A DNA stretch of 60,687 bases. It comes from Alphaproteobacteria bacterium (GTDB taxonomy: Bacteria > Pseudomonadota > Alphaproteobacteria > UBA8366). Location: the NCBI GenBank assembly GCA_041557595.1, contig JBFFGE010000004.1, positions 1 to 60,687 of the forward strand, given 5' to 3'. Below are positions 38,642-47,509 of the stretch, one piece after another (the stretch's first letter is position 1; every line of letters begins with the position of its first letter). The notes below the pieces were generated by a model. That model ran no database searches. It was not told the origin of the DNA and worked only from the letters and a program-made list of their open reading frames with translations. Both the position numbers and the translations under genes were made by a program.

Positions 38642-40021
38642 ATGGTCGCCAAAGAAAAATCCAGTATCTCGCATCGCCTTGGCGATCGACTGGTCGACCT
38701 GTCTTACGATGACATACCCGATGCGGTGATCGACCATACGCGGCGCATGGTCCTCGATACAGTTGGGGTGGCCTGGGCCGGCGCGGCGGCGCCCGGATCG
38801 GCGGATATCGAGGCGCTGATGCTTGCGGGCGGCGGGGGCGGGACGTGCCGCGGCTGGGCAACTGGACGGCGGATCGATCCGATGGGCGCCGCGTTTCTCA
38901 ACAGCGTGCATGCAGCTGCGCTCGACTATGACAGCGTTTTCGAAAAGGGTTCGGTGCATCCGGATATCGTCAGCATTCCCGTCGCCTGGGCGTTGTCCGA
39001 AGAAACCGGCGCCACGGGCAAGAAATTCCTTGCCGCCATTGCGCTCGGCAATGAAGTGATGTGCCGGCTCGCGGCGGCGGCGACCGAAAACCGGGGCTGG
39101 TTCAACACGGCGCTGTTCGGCGGGTTCGGCGCGGCGGCGGCGGCAGCGAAGATCCTCGGTCTGTCGGTCGGGCAAACGCGGGATGCGCTCGGACTCGTGC
39201 TGAGCCAGGCCGGCGGATCGCAACAGGCGCTGATCGAAAAGACCATGGCGAAGCGCGTGCAATCGGGTTTCGCCGCCCGCGCGGGCGTCTTCGCGGCCCA
39301 ACTGGCCGGTTGCGGCGTAACCGCGCCCGCCGAATGCTTCGAGGGCAAATTCGGATTCTATCGTCTGTATTGCGACGGCGACCCCGCGCCGCTACTGGAC
39401 GGCTTCGGCGAGGAGTATTTGTGCCTCGACGCGGCGGTGAAGAAATTTCCGAGCTGCACCGCAAACCACGTGCCGATCGACGCGGTCATCGGCATTGTCG
39501 AGGAACTCGACCTCGCACCGGACGACATCCGCTCGGTCAGGACGGTGGTTTCCCCATTCGCTCACGGCCTGGTCGGCGCGCCCTTCGACCCCGGCGACAA
39601 CCCGCAGGTGGCGGCGCAGTTCAGTCTGGAATACTCGATCGCCTGCGCGGCGCTGCGCCGGCGGCTGACCGTGGACGACATCCAGGAGGGCGCGGTCAAC
39701 GCGCCGGAGATCCGCGATTTCATCGGCCGCATCGCCATCGAGGTCGATCAAGGCAACAGCGGGAAGTTCGCGCCTGCCGAAGTCGTCGTGGAAAGCGCGC
39801 GGCATGGCACGATCCGGCGGCGTCAGGACCATGTGCCGGGCACGCCGGAACGGCGCCTGACGGCCAGCCAGATCGAGGACAAGTTCCGCGCATGCATCTC
39901 CGCGGGCGTGCATTCCCTGGAGCAGACGCAAACCGACCGGCTGATCGAACGCCTGACGGCGATTGCCGACATCGCGGACATGGCGACGTTTTTCGATACC
40001 GTCGGCTGCCATGCGCGTTAG
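38642..40021 (+). CDS. MmgE/PrpD family protein
   Basis: LDTVGVAWAG, AAFLNS..AALDYD, VHP, KKFPSC, AAQFSLEY, GTPE...IEDKF. Confidence 0.9.
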   Translation: MVAKEKSSISHRLGDRLVDLSYDDIPDAVIDHTRRMVLDTVGVAWAGAAAPGSADIEALMLAGGGGGTCRGWATGRRIDPMGAAFLNSVHAAALDYDSVFEKGSVHPDIVSIPVAWALSEETGATGKKFLAAIALGNEVMCRLAAAATENRGWFNTALFGGFGAAAAAAKILGLSVGQTRDALGLVLSQAGGSQQALIEKTMAKRVQSGFAARAGVFAAQLAGCGVTAPAECFEGKFGFYRLYCDGDPAPLLDGFGEEYLCLDAAVKKFPSCTANHVPIDAVIGIVEELDLAPDDIRSVRTVVSPFAHGLVGAPFDPGDNPQVAAQFSLEYSIACAALRRRLTVDDIQEGAVNAPEIRDFIGRIAIEVDQGNSGKFAPAEVVVESARHGTIRRRQDHVPGTPERRLTASQIEDKFRACISAGVHSLEQTQTDRLIERLTAIADIADMATFFDTVGCHAR

Positions 40022-40062
40022 GCTGAGACGACTGCGGCGCGTACCAGGAGAAACCCGTTCTC

Positions 40063-40926
40063 TTAAACTTTGTTGAGCGGCAGCTTGAGATAAGAGACGC
40101 CGTTGTCTTCGGGCGGCGGGAACCGGCCGCCGCGCATGTTGACCTGAACCGAAGGCAAGAGAAGCGTCGGCATATCGAGCGTGGCGTCGCGTTTGGTACG
40201 CATCTCGACGAAGTCGTCCTCGGTCACGCCGCGATGAACGTGCAGGTTCATTTCGCGTTCTTCGGCCACGGTGGTTTCCCAGACGAAGTCCTTGCGTCCG
40301 GGCGCTTTGTAATCGTGGCAAAGGAAAAGCCGGGTTTCCGGCGGCAAGGCCAAGATTTTTTGAATCGAACGATACAGCGTCCGGGCATCGCCCCCGGGAA
40401 AGTCGGCGCGGGCGGTTCCGTAGTCCGGCATGAATAGCGTGTCGCCGACAAAGGCGGCGTCGCCCATTTGATAGGTAATACACGCAGGCGTGTGCCCCGG
40501 CGTATGGATCACCGTGGCGGTGAGCGCGCCGATCCGCAATTCGTCGCCATCCCCGAGAAGCCGATCGAATTGATCGCCATTTGTGTGGAAGGCAGGTTCG
40601 GCATTGAAGATTTTCTTGAATATTTTCTGCACGTCGGTGACGTGTTCGCCGATAGCGGTGCGACCGCCGAGGTGCTCTTGCAGATAGGGCGCGGCGCTCA
40701 AATGGTCTGCATGCACATGGGTCTCGAGTATCCAGTCGACGGTCAGATCGTGCGTCCGCACATGGGCGATGATCGCATCCGCCGAAGCTGTCGCGGTGCG
40801 CCCCGACCTGGCGTCGAAATCCAGGACGGCGTCGATCACGGCGCAGTGTTCGGAGCCGGGGTCCCGGACAACATAGGAGGCGGTGTTCGTTGCCTCGTCG
40901 AAGAAGGCTTTGACGTCTGGGTTCAT
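40063..40926 (-). CDS. MBL-fold persulfide (sulfur) dioxygenase, Blh/type II PDO
   Basis: ETHVHADHLSAA, TPGHT, GDTLFMPDYGTARADFPGG, CHDY, C-terminal LKLPLN; AAGGAG RBS before MNPDVKAFFD. Confidence 0.9.
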   Translation of the reverse strand: MNPDVKAFFDEATNTASYVVRDPGSEHCAVIDAVLDFDARSGRTATASADAIIAHVRTHDLTVDWILETHVHADHLSAAPYLQEHLGGRTAIGEHVTDVQKIFKKIFNAEPAFHTNGDQFDRLLGDGDELRIGALTATVIHTPGHTPACITYQMGDAAFVGDTLFMPDYGTARADFPGGDARTLYRSIQKILALPPETRLFLCHDYKAPGRKDFVWETTVAEEREMNLHVHRGVTEDDFVEMRTKRDATLDMPTLLLPSVQVNMRGGRFPPPEDNGVSYLKLPLNKV

Positions 40927-40980
40927 CGGTTTGTTTCTCCTTGATCGGATACCGATGCCATAGCGACGACTCCCGTCGCC

Positions 40981-40994
40981 TTGATCCGAATCAA
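40981..40994. promoter_or_regulatory. Perfect FNR/FixK box (TTGAT-CCGA-ATCAA) upstream of the persulfide dioxygenase gene
   Basis: 10/10 match; -41.5 geometry puts the start of transcription about 20 nt before ATG 40926. Confidence 0.75.
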
Positions 40995-41091
40995 CGGTCA
41001 CGGTTTCGATTGCCACCGATATGTGCGGCTCCGCGACATTTCTTTTCGATGGGGCTTGATATTAACTGCATAACTTCGCATATATGCAAAC

Positions 41092-41400
41092 ATGGACATC
41101 AAGGACATGGACGCCGCGGCGGAAAAGGTCAGCGATCTCATGAAGATCCTGTCCCACAAGACCCGGCTGATGATCCTCTGCCAATTGGTCGAGGGTGAAA
41201 AATCCGTCGGCGTGCTGACGGATCTTGTTGGCGCCCGCGCACCCGCCATGTCGCAACAGCTGGCCCTGCTGCGCAAGGATCGCCTGGTTACGACGCGCCG
41301 CGACGGACAGACGATTTATTACGCCCTGGCCCGCAGCGACATCAGCAAACTGATGGCGTTTCTCTATGAAACCTATTGCGGCGAAGACACCGCGCATTGA
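41092..41400 (+). CDS. ArsR-family persulfide-sensing repressor (BigR/SqrR-like)
   Basis: RLMILCQLVEGEKSV, SQQLALLR, RRDGQTIYY, C-terminal LYETYC; both Cys typical of BigR/SqrR are present. Confidence 0.88.
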   Translation: MDIKDMDAAAEKVSDLMKILSHKTRLMILCQLVEGEKSVGVLTDLVGARAPAMSQQLALLRKDRLVTTRRDGQTIYYALARSDISKLMAFLYETYCGEDTAH

Positions 41401-41414
41401 ACGGGAGTACTGGA

Positions 41415-41987
41415 ATGAACACTGTGGAATTGCGGGAAATCGATGCCGGGACGCTTAAATCCTGGCTGGACGCGGACAAGGCCGTGGTCATCGATATCCG
41501 GGAGTCGGATGAATACGCCCGCGAACATATCCCGGGGTCCCGCCTGGTGCCGCTGTCGGGGTTCGATTCGGCGGATTTCGCCCAGGATCACCACAAGATC
41601 GGCGTCTTTCATTGCAGCAGCGGGAACCGGACGTGCGAAGCGGCCTCCCGGATCCTGAAAACCGGATTCAAGGACGTCTATCAGTTGGAAGGTGGCCTGC
41701 AAGCCTGGAAGAAGGCCGGATTGGCGGTAAACCTCAACCGGAAAGCGCCGATCAGCATTATGCGTCAAGTGCAGATTACCGCCGGATCCTTGGTCGTGCT
41801 GGGCGTCGTGCTCGGCTACTTCGTCTCGCCGTGGTTCGTGGCGCTGAGCGGCTTTGTCGGCGCGGGTCTGATGTTCGCCGGCCTTAGCGGGACCTGCGCG
41901 CTGGCGAGTGTGCTTTCGCTGATGCCGTGGAACCGGCTGCAGGTTGCACCCCCGGCCGTTTCTTCGGCTGAAGCGCAAAACGCCTGA
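41415..41987 (+). CDS. Membrane-anchored rhodanese (YgaP-like, rhodanese + DUF2892)
   Basis: IDIRESDEYAREHIPG, FHCSSGNRT, RQVQITAG, GLMFAGLSGTC...MPWN. Confidence 0.9.
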   Translation: MNTVELREIDAGTLKSWLDADKAVVIDIRESDEYAREHIPGSRLVPLSGFDSADFAQDHHKIGVFHCSSGNRTCEAASRILKTGFKDVYQLEGGLQAWKKAGLAVNLNRKAPISIMRQVQITAGSLVVLGVVLGYFVSPWFVALSGFVGAGLMFAGLSGTCALASVLSLMPWNRLQVAPPAVSSAEAQNA

Positions 41988-41997
41988 GCCGATAGGC

Positions 41998-43257
41998 TCA
42001 ACCGGCCGCGGTGCCGTTGATCGCGAAGTCGAAGACGTCGTGGCTCCGGAGCACGCCGGCCTCGGCCCGGGCGGCAAAGCGGTCGTTCAGGGGGTGGCTG
42101 ATCACGATCGGCACCTTCGCTTCGGCCACGCCGCCATGGGTGCGCAGCCGATGGCCCTTGAGCCCGGACAAATCATGGTCCTCCGCACGGCTGCCGATGC
42201 AGGTGCCGGCGTCGCTGACCACGGCGACGTCGCCCTCGCGGTCGGCCGGCAGCTCGAATCGTTCGACTGTATCGGATTTGGCATAGGCGCCTTCGATGCC
42301 CGCGATTTCGCCGGCAACGGCCAGCACCTCGCGCGGGTCCAATCCGTCCTTGCAATAGACCCGGACAAATCCGCCGAGCGCGCCATGATGGCCGACGAAG
42401 GCATCGGTAATCGGGCAAATCACCGTCGTCCTGCCGGCGCCGAGGGCGGCGTCGAGCTCGTCCTGCAGCCAGATGACGTTCGGCGTACCGTCGGCCTTCG
42501 ATTTGTCATTCATGCCGTGATCGGCGGTCAACGCGACGATGGCGCCGAGTTCGAACAGCCGGCCGAATCGCCGATCCATGTTGATGTAGAAATCGTTCGC
42601 TTCCGGTGTCCCCGGCGCATGGGCGTGCTGCACAAAATCGGTCAGCGACAGATAGAGGATGTCCGGCCGCCGGGTCTCCAACAGCTTGATCCCGGCATCG
42701 AGCACGAATAGCGATAGTTCCTGCGAATACATGTCGGGCAGGGGCTGGCCGACGAAGGACAACACATCCTCGATGCCGTTTTCGGCCATGGTGCAGCGAT
42801 CGGCATGTTGCGAGGAAAAGCTGGCGGAGCCGCCGCCGAGATCGAGGTTCTTGCCGAGTTGCTGGCGCAGCTTGTCCTTGGCGGTGATGGAAACCACCTT
42901 CGCCCCGTGCTGCGAAAACGACGCCATGATCGACTGGCTGCGCAGCAATTCGGGACCGGTCATGACCACCGCTTCGCCGGTCGCCGGGTCGAGAAAGAAA
43001 TTACCGGAAATGCCATGCACCGAAGGCGGGCGCCCGGTGACGATAGACATGTTGTTCGGGCAGGTGAAGCTCGGCACCGTGCCTTCTGCCACCGTATGAA
43101 AGCCTTCCCGCATGAAGCGTTCGATATTCGGGATGATCCCGTCGCGCAGCCCGCTTTCGAGATAGGCCGGGTCGCCGCCGTCGATGCACACGACGACGAT
43201 GGGCTGCGACGGAAATCGATACGCAATACCGTTCAGTTCAACCGCAGACTCGCTCAT
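41998..43257 (-). CDS. phnA: Phosphonoacetate hydrolase (alkaline phosphatase superfamily)
   Basis: VVVCIDG, PSFTCPNN (Thr nucleophile), TAKDKLR, YLSLTDFVQH, TADHGM, LRTHGG. Confidence 0.9.
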   Translation of the reverse strand: MSESAVELNGIAYRFPSQPIVVVCIDGGDPAYLESGLRDGIIPNIERFMREGFHTVAEGTVPSFTCPNNMSIVTGRPPSVHGISGNFFLDPATGEAVVMTGPELLRSQSIMASFSQHGAKVVSITAKDKLRQQLGKNLDLGGGSASFSSQHADRCTMAENGIEDVLSFVGQPLPDMYSQELSLFVLDAGIKLLETRRPDILYLSLTDFVQHAHAPGTPEANDFYINMDRRFGRLFELGAIVALTADHGMNDKSKADGTPNVIWLQDELDAALGAGRTTVICPITDAFVGHHGALGGFVRVYCKDGLDPREVLAVAGEIAGIEGAYAKSDTVERFELPADREGDVAVVSDAGTCIGSRAEDHDLSGLKGHRLRTHGGVAEAKVPIVISHPLNDRFAARAEAGVLRSHDVFDFAINGTAAG

Positions 43258-43359
43258 TGGGTTTCCTTAGGTCCGGTGTGCGTGGGTTCGAGCTTGGAAG
43301 CCTAAGGCGTTGCGGCGAGCCGGTCTACCGAATCATCGTCGCCCCTCGGCGGGCACGCG

Positions 43360-44859
43360 TTATGCGCCGGAATTGCTGCGCCGATAGGCGATCACCGCGG
43401 TCACCACGGCTAGGATCAGAATTGTCAGGGTGATCGGCCGTGTGACCAGGCCTACGATATCGCCTTGGGTGATCACCATCGCCCGATTGAGGTTGTTCTC
43501 GATGATCGGCCCCATGACGAAACCCAGGATCACGGGGATGGTGGAAAATTTGAATTTATCCATCCAGAACGCGATCGCGCCCAGCACCAGGACCATCACC
43601 GAATGGGTGATGTTGTTGTCATAGGCATAGGCGCCGATGACCAGCATCAGCATGACGAACGGCCCGAGAATCCGGCCGGGCACCTTCACGATCGGTACGA
43701 AATAGCGAATGCCGAAAATCCCGCACAGAAGCAGAAACAGGTTGCACACGATCAAGCCGATGAAAATGGCCAGGACCAGCGGTCCGCCCTCGCTGAACAG
43801 GGTCGGGCCGGGGACGATGTCCTTGCTGATCAGAACGCCGATCAGCACGGCGATCGCGCCCGAGCCGGGAATGCCGAGCGCGAGCGCCGGCACCAGCGCG
43901 CCGGCGACAACGGCGTTGTTGGCGGATTCGGGGGCGGCAATGCCTTCATCGATGCCGGTGCCGAATTCGTCGGGCCGTTTTGACCAGCGCTTTTCCTCCG
44001 TATAGGCGACCACGGTGCCGACGGTCGGCCCCGGCCCCGGGATCGCGCCGATGGCGGTGCCGATCAGGCTGCCGCGCGCCATCGTCGGCAGCAGTTTCCT
44101 GAAATCTTTCCAACCGAACTTGGATCCTTTGTTGGCCAGGACATCATCGGAAATTCGCGCCGCGGCCTCGGCCTCCGCCGTGACCAGACCCATCAAGCGA
44201 AACACTTCGGGCGCCGCGAGCATGGCAATGATCATCACGATGAGCGGGATGCCGTCATCCAGATAGGATTGTCCGAAATTGAATCGCACGGTGCCGAACG
44301 CCGATTCACCGAACGTCGACAGCAATAGGCCGAACGCGGCGGCGATAAACCCTTTGGTCGGGTCCTTGCCGACGAAGCTGCCGATGATGGCCAGGCCAAG
44401 TACGCCGAGCGCGAACATTTCGCTCGGCCCGAACAACAGGCCAATCCAGGCGAGGCCGGTCGCCGCGACGATGAAGACCAGGCTGCTGGAGATTCCGCCG
44501 AACACGCCGGAGGTGATGGAGATCATGAGCGCGCGATGCGCCTCGCCCTTCTGCGCCATGGGGAAGCCGTCGAGCACGGTCATCGCCGCCGCTGTCGTTC
44601 CCGGCGTTCGGATCAGGATCGCCGGGATCGACCCGCCATATTCCGCCGCCGAATAGGTCGAAACCATGAAGAGGATCGACGCTTCCGCATCCATGATGAA
44701 GGTGAACGGGAACATCAGCGCCAGCGCCTGCGATCCGCCGAACCCCGGCAGAATACCCATGCAGACGCCGGCGACGACGCCGAGCACGATCACCAACAGG
44801 TTGATCGGATCGAAGACGATCCCGATGGCGGGCAGAATGTTTGCCAGGACATTTTCCAT
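43360..44859 (-). CDS. tctA: Tripartite tricarboxylate transporter large subunit TctA
   Basis: YGGSIPAILIRTPGT, DGFPMA, APESANNA, LGIPGS. Confidence 0.92.
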   Translation of the reverse strand: MENVLANILPAIGIVFDPINLLVIVLGVVAGVCMGILPGFGGSQALALMFPFTFIMDAEASILFMVSTYSAAEYGGSIPAILIRTPGTTAAAMTVLDGFPMAQKGEAHRALMISITSGVFGGISSSLVFIVAATGLAWIGLLFGPSEMFALGVLGLAIIGSFVGKDPTKGFIAAAFGLLLSTFGESAFGTVRFNFGQSYLDDGIPLIVMIIAMLAAPEVFRLMGLVTAEAEAAARISDDVLANKGSKFGWKDFRKLLPTMARGSLIGTAIGAIPGPGPTVGTVVAYTEEKRWSKRPDEFGTGIDEGIAAPESANNAVVAGALVPALALGIPGSGAIAVLIGVLISKDIVPGPTLFSEGGPLVLAIFIGLIVCNLFLLLCGIFGIRYFVPIVKVPGRILGPFVMLMLVIGAYAYDNNITHSVMVLVLGAIAFWMDKFKFSTIPVILGFVMGPIIENNLNRAMVITQGDIVGLVTRPITLTILILAVVTAVIAYRRSNSGA

Positions 44860-44869
44860 CGCGCCAAAT

Positions 44870-45385
44870 CTACAGGGTGAGGTATTTCGGCAGGAACAGC
44901 ATGGGCAGATGGACTTTCAACAAGGCCACGAACGCCAGGTACATCAACCCCACCGCGATGATCGATGTGATGGCGGCCCACACCCATCGACCGGTGCGCC
45001 AGCCGAGCAGGATGAACAGGAACCCGAAGGCGGCGGGTTCGAAGCCGACAAACGCCATGCCGGCGATGAGGGCCAAAACGGAAATCACGGTCACGCCGAA
45101 TGAGGAAAGATCGACCGTAACGCCGGCCCCGGTCGACCCGACAGGATCCTCGTTCGGGCCGCCGGCCGGGGGCCGCCCGCGCCGAAGGCGCCGGGCCAGC
45201 AGGATCAGGCCGAACAGAAAGATCACCGCGACGATTGCACGCGGAAAGAAGGCGGCGCCCGGATCGCCCGGCAATACGGGCGGCAGGAAGTCGAGCGACA
45301 CCAGATAGGCGCCGACGGAAGTCGCCATGAAGATCAGGGCTCCCGCGATGTCGCCGCTTCGTTGGCTGATCTGGGTAATTTTCAT
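44870..45385 (-). CDS. tctB: Tripartite tricarboxylate transporter small subunit TctB
   Basis: About 4 TM, PGAAFFP, F..LLKVHLP; lies between tctC and tctA; GGAG RBS before MKITQ. Confidence 0.85.
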   Translation of the reverse strand: MKITQISQRSGDIAGALIFMATSVGAYLVSLDFLPPVLPGDPGAAFFPRAIVAVIFLFGLILLARRLRRGRPPAGGPNEDPVGSTGAGVTVDLSSFGVTVISVLALIAGMAFVGFEPAAFGFLFILLGWRTGRWVWAAITSIIAVGLMYLAFVALLKVHLPMLFLPKYLTL

Positions 45386-45487
45386 GTCCACTCCGCGGCC
45401 GTCGGAACGTTCAGAAACGGGACGTGCGCGGAAAGCGCCGCCGTTCCCGAATGAGAACGGCGGCAAAGCCATCCGCCAAGCGCACGG

Positions 45488-46468
45488 CTAATTGATCAGG
45501 CCGGCTTTCCTGAGGAAGACGCCCGTTTCCTTGCGGGCTTCATGAAAGCGCTTCGTGATCTCGGGACCGTTGTCGTTGAATTGCGGCACCACATGGACGT
45601 TCTTCTTCACGTAGTCCTTGTAGGTCTGCGTCTCGGTGGCGTTCTTGAAGGCCTGCGCAATCCGTTTCTTGATGGCGTCGGGCGTCCCGCGCTTCACGAA
45701 CATACCCTGGACCTGATGGGTGAATTCATAATCCTTGCCGAGGTCCTTCGGAGTGGGCAGGGGAATGCGATCCGTACGCTCTTCGTTGAGCAGCACGAGC
45801 GATCGCGCCTTGCCGCTTTTCACATGCGGCGTCCAGATTCCCGGCGGAATGATGCCGACCGGTACGTGGCCGCCGAGCACATCCTTCATCGCCTTGCCGG
45901 AGCCTTTATAGGGAACGTAGTTCCACTTCACGTCGAAGGCGTTGAACAGATTGATCAGGTGGCGATGATGGGCGGACCCCGGCTTGTTGCCGGCGACCGA
46001 AATCTTGCCCGGATTGGCCTTCATGTCGGCGATCACATCGGCGAATGTCTTGTACTTGCTGTCCGCCAGGACGCCGATCACGTACAGGAACTTCTCGACC
46101 TCGACCACGACTTCGAAATCCATCGGGTCGGGCTTGAAAGTGGGCATATTCATATACCCGGCATAGCTGGTGTTGCGTTGCAGCCAGGTGTAGCCATCGG
46201 CGGGTTTCTTCGCCACATAGGCTGCCGCGGTGTTGCCGCCGCCGCCGCCCTTGAACAGCACTTCGACATGTTGTCCGAGGTCCTTCGACAGCATGTCGGC
46301 GAACAGGCGGCACCATTTGGCGGCGCCGGAGGACGGCGATGTCGCGCAGACCATTTCGATTGGCCGTTCGGGCCATGCCGCGGCCGCGGATGTCGCCAGG
46401 CCGGCGACCATGGCTGCGGTCAAGACACCGGAGATGGCGACGGCTCTGATGCGTGTCATAACTCCCAT
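45488..46468 (-). CDS. tctC: TTT substrate-binding protein (TctC/Bug family)
   Basis: Signal peptide, WPERPIEMV, GGGGNTA..V...PADGYT, VPYKGSG...VLGGHV. Confidence 0.9.
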   Translation of the reverse strand: MGVMTRIRAVAISGVLTAAMVAGLATSAAAAWPERPIEMVCATSPSSGAAKWCRLFADMLSKDLGQHVEVLFKGGGGGNTAAAYVAKKPADGYTWLQRNTSYAGYMNMPTFKPDPMDFEVVVEVEKFLYVIGVLADSKYKTFADVIADMKANPGKISVAGNKPGSAHHRHLINLFNAFDVKWNYVPYKGSGKAMKDVLGGHVPVGIIPPGIWTPHVKSGKARSLVLLNEERTDRIPLPTPKDLGKDYEFTHQVQGMFVKRGTPDAIKKRIAQAFKNATETQTYKDYVKKNVHVVPQFNDNGPEITKRFHEARKETGVFLRKAGLIN

Positions 46469-46700
46469 GAGAATCTCCCTGGACTTGTTGGTTCGTGTTT
46501 CACGGTACTGTTCATGTGTCGTGATCGTATCGGGGCGCGATCGTTTATTTGACTCCAGCCTAGGGGACGGTGTGGAGTTGCAGCAAGTTGATAATGCTGA
46601 TTTCCCGGAAGGAAATACTACGCCACGGGCGATTCCGGGAACCCGGTGCCGCGCTTATTGCACGGTTGGCCTTGATCGAGGGCGACAAAAGGAGACCGCG

Positions 46701-47432
46701 ATGAAACGCCGGTTTGCCGTTATATTCGGCCGAAAACAGCCGGACGCCGCCGTTCTCAAGCGGCTGCAAGAAGCGCGGCAGGGAGAGGCCGTCGCCGGCG
46801 CCCGGATATTCGAGCCAGGATCCGCGCCGCCCCTGCGGTTGTGCAGCGACGACCGTGTCCGATTTCCGCCGTCGGTGCTCGCCGATATTCCCGACACTGC
46901 GCGCAAGGTGGCGCGGCTCAAGGCGGATGTATCGCGAGACATGGACGTGTTCGCCAAGAACCCGCGGCGGCTGCTCGATCTCTATTTCGCTTTCATCGCG
47001 GCGCGGCTGGAAGCGGAAGGCGCCACGCTCGAGGAATTGCTGCGGCCATTGGGCGGACTGTTCCGGGTCCAAGATTGGGCCTTTTCCGCGCTGCGGCCCA
47101 TGCCGAACGCCGCGGTATTCGATGCGGACGATGCCGAAACCGCGCCGGTTGTGGCGTCCTTCGACCTGGCCTTCTGGACCGGGGAGACGGTGCTCGCGGT
47201 GCGCCTCCACGGCAGCGGAACGCCATCGCCGCGCGAGGAGGAAGCCTGTGACCGCCTGCGTGCGATGGGCGTGCACATCGTCACGATCCCGGCCCGCGAC
47301 CTGGCGACCGGGATCGAAATCTTTTCGGAGTCCGTGTTTCCGGACGTCTTCCGGTCGTTCTGGCACGGGATCGCCTATCCCTGCAGCCCGTTCCGGCCGC
47401 AGGGATTGCCCGCATCATTGGCGCTCGGCTGA
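46701..47432 (+). CDS. Hypothetical protein with a C-terminal degenerate DUF559/Vsr-like pattern
   Basis: AAGGAG RBS before ATG 46701; SFDLAFW...LAVRLHG...DRLRAMGVHIVTI pattern. Confidence 0.65.
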   Translation: MKRRFAVIFGRKQPDAAVLKRLQEARQGEAVAGARIFEPGSAPPLRLCSDDRVRFPPSVLADIPDTARKVARLKADVSRDMDVFAKNPRRLLDLYFAFIAARLEAEGATLEELLRPLGGLFRVQDWAFSALRPMPNAAVFDADDAETAPVVASFDLAFWTGETVLAVRLHGSGTPSPREEEACDRLRAMGVHIVTIPARDLATGIEIFSESVFPDVFRSFWHGIAYPCSPFRPQGLPASLALG

Positions 47433-47509
47433 GCTGCTCAATCTTTGTGGAATCGATCAACTTTTCTGCCTTGATTAGTTTCCAATTATAGGCAGAAAAG
47501 TTGATCTAG
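47433..47509. repeat. Intergenic repeat family A, copy 3 (17-bp perfect inverted arms)
   Basis: GATCAACTTTTCTGCCT ... AGGCAGAAAAGTTGATC; fills the whole gap between two convergent stop codons. Confidence 0.88.
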
